Assembly (NCBI GenBank): GCA_016699265.1
Contig: CP064967.1
Coordinates: forward strand, 180,001 to 212,000
Reading direction: 5' to 3'
Origin: Candidatus Saccharimonadota bacterium
GTDB taxonomy: Bacteria > Patescibacteriota > Microgenomatia > UBA1406 > GWC2-37-13
DNA: 32,000 nucleotides
A program made the translations under genes and the position numbers. Below are positions 24,837 through 32,000 of this stretch, piece by piece (the first letter of the stretch is position 1; each line of letters opens with the position of its first letter). The notes beneath the pieces were generated by a model, which did not search any database, had not been told where the DNA came from, and worked only from the letters and a program-made list of their open reading frames with translations.

Positions 24837-25274
24837 ATGAAGCATGGCGACATTCTTAAAAAGCACAATCTAAAACAGACACAAGCTCGCTCTGCGATTC
24901 TTACCATAATTTTTCAGAGTAAAAAACCAGTAGACGTTGTGACAATATCGCAATTTCTAAAAAAAATAGGAATCGTTACTGATCAGGCGACGGTCTACCG
25001 AACTCTACAAACTTTTGTGGAAAGCGGCATACTTAAACGCGTTGAGTTTCACGAAGGGAAGTTTCGCTACGAACTATCCTCTCTTCCCCACCATCATCAT
25101 CTAGTCTGTACGGACTGTGGGAAAATCGAGGATATTGAAAATTGTGGAATGGAAGAGGTAGAAAAGATTCTCCAGAAAAAAACCTCATTCAAAATCGCAG
25201 AGCACCATGCCGAGTTTTTCGGCTTTTGTAAAAACTGTAAGCGGTCTACTCAAGCAGCAAAAGCGCAAACATGA
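24837..25274 (+). CDS. Fur-family metalloregulator (Fur/Zur/PerR type)
   Basis: Winged-helix N-terminus (TQARSAILTIIFQSKKPVDVVTISQFL...ATVYRTLQTFVESGIL). Metal sites are HHHHLVCTDCG and FFGFCKNCK (two CxxC pairs). Confidence 0.85.
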   Translation: MKHGDILKKHNLKQTQARSAILTIIFQSKKPVDVVTISQFLKKIGIVTDQATVYRTLQTFVESGILKRVEFHEGKFRYELSSLPHHHHLVCTDCGKIEDIENCGMEEVEKILQKKTSFKIAEHHAEFFGFCKNCKRSTQAAKAQT

Positions 25275-26076
25275 CTCCGATACCTATTAGCATGGTGACA
25301 AACTGAAGAACTGTTTTTTTAAATCCCACTTCTCTGTGAAGTTCTGGAATAAGATCAAATGCAGCTATATAAATGAAGTTTCCTGCTGCAAATGATCAAT
25401 GCCATAATGATTTCATCATTAGCGCTTCCTATTATTATGACAGTGACAGTGCCTATGACCGCAGTCATTGCTGAAAGAAAATTAAACCATATAGCCTTCG
25501 ACCTTGTGTAACCACCATGAACCAATACTCCAAAGTTGCCGATCTCCTGTGGAATCTCGTGGAGGATTACCGCAAAGGTTGACCAACCGCAATTCCACCA
25601 GGTAATGCTGATGAAGTAACTCGCTCCTATTATTAGGCCATCGATAAAATTGTGAATCTGCGTGATGTTTCGCCTAAATTTCTCAAAGGTCATTGTCGTT
25701 ACAGGATTTTTATGAACATGACCTCCAGTGTGCGACTGATGATGTTTCCATCGCTGAATTATTTTCTCGATGATAAGAAAAGGTAACTTTTTTTCACAAG
25801 TATTCAAAGAAGAATATTTACGATGAAACGCTCTGAAAGAAGATAATCCATCAGCCTCTGACTACTTCTGGGAGAAGATGAATGAAAACGTCACCTGAAA
25901 CCGAGACTTTTGCCCAATCTTTAATGCATCTTCGTGAAAAGTCTCCTATACAAAGTAAGATTAGAAATGATTTGAAGTAGATCTTCTCACTAATGAGGAA
26001 CCAAGACTGCTCCAATAATTGAAATTAAACTTACGATACAAAAACACTAAGCAAAGCTTCTGGTAAATTGCAACCA
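25246..26076 (-). pseudogene. ZIP-family (ZupT/GufA-like) metal transporter pseudogene
   Basis: The 150-aa ORF has the ZIP signature HNFIDGLIIG...ILHEIPQEIGNFGVLVHGG. The C-terminus continues in another frame (FAAGNFIYIAAFDLIPELHRE...GIGVMFALLLLE*, stop at 25246-25248). N-terminal pieces (SLISIIGAVLVP, GDVFIHLLPEV) are in further frames. Confidence 0.7.
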
Positions 26077-26295
26077 TTGTGATTAATTATAGAGGAGACT
26101 TGAAATCCCTTCTGTTTTGTCTTGAAATCATGTCTTATATTTTGTTTATACTGACAGTTCTTTGACAGATCAAACAAGTTCTCAAACAACCTCCGATGAA
26201 GAAGTTCAGGACGCAGAGGTCGTCGAAACGCCAACTCACAGCACCTCATCCAATCTTGAAGAGCGTCTCAGTATTGAGCAGATGATCAAAACTAC

Positions 26296-26667
26296 ATGTC
26301 CGACATTTCTCGAATTCGTGAGAAACTGAAGACTCAGAAGGATATGTTCAAATCTTCATTTGAGAGCGACAAGGAGTTTAGTGATGTCGATACCGAACAT
26401 AAAGCAATTGCACGAAAAACAGTTGCAAAGCAGCGCATTATTAAAACGGATGCGGTCTCGGCCGTCAGCATGAAGATCAAGGAGATACAAGAAGAGATGA
26501 AGGAAACACAGCAAGCACTTTCGGATTATCTTAATCGCTACATTCAGGTGTCAGACTCTACCGAGTTCATGGGACCTGATGGAGAGGTTCACCAGATTGT
26601 TCGAACTGCAAAACTTGATAAAGAAGAAGTAGAAAGAAATTACTTGGCTTTTTCCTCAGAACGGTAA
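26296..26667 (+). CDS. Hypothetical coiled-coil/charged protein; the N-terminal extension is probably lost to a frameshift
   Basis: 123-aa ORF. An upstream out-of-frame segment reads TDQTSSQTTSDEEVQDAEVVETPTHSTSSNLEERLSIEQMIK and runs straight into the ORF. Confidence 0.4.
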   Translation: MSDISRIREKLKTQKDMFKSSFESDKEFSDVDTEHKAIARKTVAKQRIIKTDAVSAVSMKIKEIQEEMKETQQALSDYLNRYIQVSDSTEFMGPDGEVHQIVRTAKLDKEEVERNYLAFSSER

Positions 26668-29600
26668 AAGTTGTAGTACATTACCGGAATAAAGAAAAGT
26701 TTGAGTGCTCCTGAGAAAATAAGTCCCGAGATGATTGCCCTCCTAGTCCCCTCCAAAAAGGATCTGCAATAGTGATTGGTATAAGTCCAAGTATTGTCGC
26801 CAAGGAGGTCAGTAGTACCGGCTCCAAACGATTTGCCGCTGCATCTGCAATAGCATCGTGTAATGAAAGACCGTGCGCTCTATTTTCATTAATTTTTCAA
26901 TAACCACGATTGCATGAGTCACAACAATACCAAACAGAGCGAGTATTCCAATCAAGGCAGCAAAGGACAGAGGTGTTCTTGTGAGCGCAAATATGTAAAA
27001 GACGCCCGCTATTGAAATGGGAATTATCAACATCGACATAAAGGCCTGACGGAAAGAACCAAACTCAATAACCATCGTTATTAGAATCAACATGAATGAA
27101 AGCACCATTGCCTGAAGGATCGAGGTTACTGACTTTTGATTTTCTTCGTTGACTCCACCTGTTGCCAATGAATAGCCATCTGGCATGTTTAACGACTCAG
27201 CAAACTTAAGAAGTTCCGCATTTTTCTCAGGAATATTTACACCAGGTTTGACACTGGCAAAGACCGAGATTGTACGCTTTTCACTTTCCCGAGTAATTGA
27301 GGTTGGATTTGAGGCGAGCGTAAAGTCACCTAAGGAAATGAGCGGAACAGTACCTCCTTCTTTAAGTGGAATTTCGATTGTTCCCAACTCACTTATTGAC
27401 ATGCCGTCATACGAGTTAGTTCGGAATATAATATCCTCTCTTTTTACCAAATAGAACAGTGTCAAGAGTAAAGCCACTTGCATATGTCCTCAGCCAAAGT
27501 CCTACCTGATCTTTAGTAAGACCGACATCTGCCAGCTTTTCATTGTCTGGGGTAAACACGATTTTACTTGTTCCCGATTTGATAGATTTATCGATGTTAA
27601 TTAAGCCAGACTGTTTCTTAAGGTATGAGACTATTTTGTCTGCGTATGTATCGAGTACTCCTAGATCCTCACCTAACAACTTTATCTGAACATCTGCGCC
27701 AGCGGGAGGTCCTCCTGAGATCTCAACTACCGAAACCTTTCCTTTCGAATACTGGTTCAAATCATCGCGTACAGTCTGCGCTATTTCTGCCGACGTAATT
27801 TTGCGATCTTCTTTTTTAGTGAGGTGGAGCGTGTATAAAATTGCATCTGTCTCAACTCCTCTGTCTCCATCAGGCTGAATGATTTGCCCCATTTCGGTAA
27901 GTAGGTAGTCGAGCTCTTTGGTTGAACGAAGTTTGTTTGCCAACGAGAGTCCTTCCTGATTGATAATAGTCGCACTGGTGCCTGCAGGGTAGTCTACTCC
28001 CACATACACTATTTCTTCATTGTCTTTGGGGAAGAACTCATTTTTAACAAAACCCAATGGAATCAGTAAGTACGCAAGAAGCGCAAATACAGAAATTGCA
28101 ATAAGTGTTTTTGTACGCGCCGACTTAGATGAGAGTATCCGCTCGATTAAGGTTCTGTACCCTTCTGATAAATACTGCACATTAACGACCCCATTGTCCG
28201 AAACATGTTCCACCTTTCGAATAACCGATTGGACGAACTTATGTTTTGCCAATGCACGTCGGTATCGGTCAGCTAACGCGATTCTAACCTTGTAAACAAC
28301 AAGAAGTCCGATGAGGGCTGAAACTAAAGCAAACGGAAAGAGATTGTTTTTCGGGATTAAAAATGCGCATATGAGTACATAAGAAACGACCGCAAGTATC
28401 TTCAAAAAAGTAACGACTCTTTTTGGTAGCTGAGGTTTGAGGAAAACTATCATCATAGGGATAGTGATAAGAACCGCAATTGTGGTGGATGAAAGCATCG
28501 TGGTAGTTACGACAATTGGAATAGATTTTATAAACTCTCCAATAATTCCAGTTGCCAGTAACAACGGAACAAAAGCCCAAATTGTGGTAATGGTAGTCGA
28601 CCATAGTGGCACGATAAAGTCTTTCCAGACCATAACTCCTGTCTCAAATGGGGTGAAGCGACCCGTTTTATAGTAGCGCGTCATTGCTGCAACAGAAACG
28701 ATTGTGTCATCGATCAATAGTCCAAGTGAAAGGAGGAACGAGAACATCGTTAAAAAGTTTAGTGTTAGTCCAAAGGCATTAATAATTGCAAACGACGCAA
28801 GAAAGGTTAGTGGCACTGTAATCGTAGAGATAATTGCTTGACGAAGTCCAAGAAACAAAAGAAGAAGTACGAACACCAAAAGTATAGTTGTCTTAAACTC
28901 ATCAAACAAATCATTAAATTGCTTCGTAATGTCATTTGCTGTGTTCCTTACTGTATATAAACTAAACTGCCCCTTATAGTTTTTTAATTCTGTGTTTACA
29001 ACCGGCTCAGTAACCTTGAAAGATTTATCGATGTCGGCATTGGTTTTTTTATAGACAAAAAACTGGATCGTACGCTCGCTCCCCTTTTTAAGGTTGGCAA
29101 TGTAGGTATGCTGCTGTCCGCTTTTCGAGCGTTCAGCAATCGTTGCAATATCTCCAAGTCGAACGGTCCTATCATCGATAAGGATCGGGAGCTTACGAAG
29201 ATCTTCTATCGTTACAATTTCCCTGTCTATTGTGAGTGAGAAGGTAGAGTTGTCCGAGTTTACCGAACCTGCCGGAAATGATTTTGAAGCAGTCTGAACA
29301 AGACCTAACAAGGATAAAGGTGTAATGTTGTAGTCCTTGGATTTCTGAAGATTTACGGTGACCTCGATTGTCTGATCATCAAGTCCTGTGGTAACTACTC
29401 GATCTACCTGAGGGATGTTCTCGATCTTATCTTTTAAGTTTTCGCCAAACCTCATAAGAGACGCCGTATCGGACTTGGAGGTAATGGCAAAGATCCAGAA
29501 TGGTTGATCCTCAAAATCGACCGATCTCACATTTGGTGCTTTCGCATCATCTGGTAGATTCGTCACTCGATCGACAAGGTTTTGTACATCCGCTACCGCT

Positions 29601-29965
29601 TCATCAACCTTCACGCTTGACTGAAACTGCAGTACTACTGAAGAGAGACTCTCACGTGAGGTCGAACTCATAGTGTCGAGACCTTTCACGCTCTTAAGCT
29701 CTCGTTCGAGTGGAACCGTTACCAATGACTCAATGTCCTCAGGATTAGCTCCTGGAAGCAAAGTAGAGACCGACACTATCGGAATCTTAATCTCTGGGTT
29801 AAGTCTACGTGGAATGGTAATTAATCCCGAGATTCCAATAATAACGATAGTTATTATCAACAGAACCGGTAGTCTGATATTTGCGAGGTATTTGGCCTGA
29901 AAAGACTGAAGAAGTTTCGGATCAAACCGCAATGAACTAAGATAGGATGCTCGCTTTTTAATCAT
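26640..29965 (-). pseudogene. RND-family (AcrB/HAE-type) efflux transporter with at least two frameshifts in the C-terminal quarter
   Basis: The 849-aa ORF has typical RND topology and motifs. The sequence continues in a second frame (..FGKK|EEDIIFRTNSYDGMSISELGTIEIP..., 224-aa ORF). It then continues in a third frame (NENRAHGLSLHDAIADAAANRLEPVLLTSLATILGLIPI...FIPVMYYNFYRSEEKAK*, stop at 26640-26642). Confidence 0.8.
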
Positions 29966-29972
29966 AAGATGC

Positions 29973-31199
29973 TTAGTTAATTTTCTTTACGAGGTCACCC
30001 GCTATTACGTTTCTATCGGTGATTACCTCGTCCCCATCTTTAAGTCCTGAAAGAACCTGAACATAGGTTCCAAAGACTGAACCAAGTTTTACTCTTCGTG
30101 GCATTGATCTACCTTTCTCGATTACAAATAGGAAGTCTGCTTCTTTGGTTTGGTAGACTGTGTCAATTGGCACGAAAGGCACAATACCTGAGCTGTCCGA
30201 GGATCCAATCGGAAGTTCGACGGTAACAGATCCATTCTCCGTCACCTGAGCGCGATAAAGTTCGGGTACGTCAAAATATACTGCATAGAGACGACCTGCG
30301 ACTGCATCCTGTGAAATATGAAACGGATATAGTTTAATCTTGTCTTTTCCTATGGTTACAACGGTTGGCTCTATGCGAGAGACTCGTTTTGCAATATCGG
30401 CTGAGACATATGCAACTGCCGTTACTGGATCTGCCTCAACATCCTCACTTATCTGCATAAGGACCTGACCTGGGTTAACCGACTGTCCTACCTTAACCAG
30501 CACATTATCGACCACTCCTGCAAAAGGAGCAGAGGGATACATAGATGCCTCGGATACCTGATTGATCTGAACCTGAAGTTCCTGAATTTCACGATTTAGA
30601 TCGAGTGATTTATCTTGTAGATCAAGTTGTTTTTTTGTTACATCTTCCTGAAGCTTGGAGACGTCTGTCTCACCAGACTGATCATTTAATTCTTCAGAAA
30701 GCTCTTTTTGCTTAGAGATAAGGTCCTTCTGTGGTTGGAGCGTGCTTAGCGTGAAGTCTCTTTGTGCTTGAGCTAGTTTTCTCGAGAGTGAAGGAATGTT
30801 CCCCCCTTGGTAGTTGGAAGATAGCCCAACCAATGTCTGCCCGCGATAAAATCTTTCTCCCTCGTTTTTGTATACCTGTTGAACAACTCCACCAGTTAAG
30901 GCGGTAATACGTATTACACCAGACTTTTTAATTTGCGCCTGAACAATGAGTTTTGGAGCAGACCCAATTTGGTAAACCGAGACCGACTTAGTCTGAACTA
31001 TATCTGCTTTCTCAATTTTTTTTGGAGTGCCTAGAATGTTGCTGGCGATGATTAGTGACAAAAGGAGACCGAGTGCTAAGAAGAAACTAAGAAAAGGTTT
31101 TTTATCAATAGCTGCTGAAAGTTTTTTGATTTGTACCTTAAACCCCTTATTTATTGCTTTATAGCTATGGGCAGTTCTTTTTTGAAGTTCTTTTAACAT
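29973..31199 (-). CDS. RND efflux periplasmic adaptor (membrane fusion protein, HlyD/AcrA family)
   Basis: It has an N-terminal TM anchor, a lipoyl-like hairpin (GGVVQQVYKNEGERFYRGQTLVGL ... FAGVVDNVLVKVGQSVNPGQVLMQI), a coiled-coil in the middle and a beta-barrel C-terminus. It ends 7 nt before the RND gene start. Confidence 0.8.
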   Translation of the reverse strand: MLKELQKRTAHSYKAINKGFKVQIKKLSAAIDKKPFLSFFLALGLLLSLIIASNILGTPKKIEKADIVQTKSVSVYQIGSAPKLIVQAQIKKSGVIRITALTGGVVQQVYKNEGERFYRGQTLVGLSSNYQGGNIPSLSRKLAQAQRDFTLSTLQPQKDLISKQKELSEELNDQSGETDVSKLQEDVTKKQLDLQDKSLDLNREIQELQVQINQVSEASMYPSAPFAGVVDNVLVKVGQSVNPGQVLMQISEDVEADPVTAVAYVSADIAKRVSRIEPTVVTIGKDKIKLYPFHISQDAVAGRLYAVYFDVPELYRAQVTENGSVTVELPIGSSDSSGIVPFVPIDTVYQTKEADFLFVIEKGRSMPRRVKLGSVFGTYVQVLSGLKDGDEVITDRNVIAGDLVKKIN

Positions 31200-31208
31200 G
31201 AGTTGAGC

Positions 31209-31214
31209 ATTATA
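31209..31214 (-). promoter_or_regulatory. TATAAT (reverse strand) 9 nt before the adaptor gene start at 31199
   Basis: The plus strand reads attata at 31209-31214. Confidence 0.45.
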
Positions 31215-31273
31215 GCCTATTCTGAGGCTATTTTCAACATCTCTATATATGTATATATAAGGAAGTGCTCTTT

Positions 31274-31918
31274 TTATGCAGCGGAGGGACCTTCAGGTGG
31301 GGTTGGAGGTTTTGGAGGTTCTGCCGGCTTTTCTTCGGGATTAGGAACGATTTTCAGAGCAGGTGGTGTAGCGGGTGACTGATCTATAAAACCTGCTGAT
31401 GGATGGCCTCTTTTTGCCATTTCTATTTTAGCCTGCTCCTCTGGCGTGTTGGTTAGCGTTGGTGCAAACAAATCAACTACATTATTGTCTGAGTCTTCTT
31501 TTGGAGCTACTGGCCGACTTCTTTTTGCCTCTTGAAGTTCCAAATATGTGGCGGCATTTGCGAGTTCGGTTACAGGAGTTACTGACTCTGCAACCTCGTT
31601 ATCATCCTTCCAATTATATGGCATATCTGCATTCTCAATAAAGGGTTCGTCAGTGCCAGGATGAGACTCCCCCGCTATCTCGGACCTCATAGCCTCTGTT
31701 GCTTGAGAAGGTCGTACGATCGGTCCAGCCGGACGACCACTAGATTCTTTTTTTCCACCAAACACTCGATCGAGTCCTTTATCAAATCTCTTATTGAATC
31801 GATCCACTCCAGCCATGATTTTTTCACCAAGTACGGTAAATCGACTTGGAGGAGCTTCTTCGATTTTCTTCAAAGAGCCATCGGGGTGAAATATTCGTGG
31901 ATTTTGTCCTTCTGCCAT
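31274..31918 (-). CDS. Hypothetical low-complexity (Pro/Glu/Ala-rich) protein
   Basis: 214-aa ORF with no TM segment and a C-terminal PEEKPAEPPKPPTPPEGPSAA. It is visibly more GC-rich than its neighbours. The antisense ORFs inside it look spurious. Confidence 0.5.
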   Translation of the reverse strand: MAEGQNPRIFHPDGSLKKIEEAPPSRFTVLGEKIMAGVDRFNKRFDKGLDRVFGGKKESSGRPAGPIVRPSQATEAMRSEIAGESHPGTDEPFIENADMPYNWKDDNEVAESVTPVTELANAATYLELQEAKRSRPVAPKEDSDNNVVDLFAPTLTNTPEEQAKIEMAKRGHPSAGFIDQSPATPPALKIVPNPEEKPAEPPKPPTPPEGPSAA

Positions 31919-32000
31919 TCCTATATTATTTTTTTATATAAATTTATCTTTCCTTATCTCGATCGTATACCTGCGGCATAACAGAAGGAGATTTATCTGA

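Noticed and set aside
27440-27460. Programmed +1/-1 ribosomal frameshift at the A5 run in the RND pump gene
   Set aside because: A second, unrelated frame change is needed further downstream (~26880). No slippery heptamer plus stimulatory structure is evident. A pseudogene or a consensus error is simpler.
16757-29965. Assembly or sequencing indel errors as the sole cause of all frameshifts
   Set aside because: Lesions are strongly clustered in particular genes, while adjacent 1-1.7 kb genes are flawless. Several relics also carry substitution-type in-frame stops and mutated catalytic motifs. Error cannot be excluded for genes with only 1-3 lesions, such as the RND pump and DegT.

Overview
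The window is low-GC (roughly 38-40% by eye) and very tightly packed. Gene content looks like a reduced-genome bacterium, plausibly Patescibacteria/CPR-like, but that is an inference from gene content only. Envelope and housekeeping genes appear intact: a CBS-domain protein, HAD hydrolase, NAD-epimerase, GT-C/GT39 glycosyltransferase, Lgt-like protein, DksA/TraR zinc finger, CPA2 antiporter with an RCK domain, YebC, polysaccharide deacetylase, FemAB-family transferase, a Fur-family regulator and an RND adaptor. Many other genes are clearly decayed, with multiple frameshifts and in-frame stops but still recognisable by eye: purB, a DegT-type aminotransferase, murF, an alpha/beta hydrolase, DsbA-like, YibE/F, a ZIP transporter and the RND pump. 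The decay is concentrated in 16.7-22.7 kb and 25.2-30 kb. I saw no rRNA, tRNA, CRISPR array, transposase or integrase. Five things deserve a second look. (1) A ~0.97 kb ORF-free, hairpin-rich segment at 13.87-14.84 kb. (2) Heptanucleotide tandem repeats in at least five intergenic spacers. (3) A leaderless-style promoter layout, with a TATAAT-like box 5-9 nt before start codons, including 21-23 bp bidirectional intergenic regions. (4) One canonical promoter/operator/SD/terminator cassette at 21.9-22.3 kb that contrasts with that layout. (5) A metal-homeostasis-looking locus: a His-rich unknown protein, a Fur-family regulator and a decayed ZIP transporter. All protein-family calls come from motif recognition by eye on the supplied translations and my own re-translation of broken regions. 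No database search was possible.
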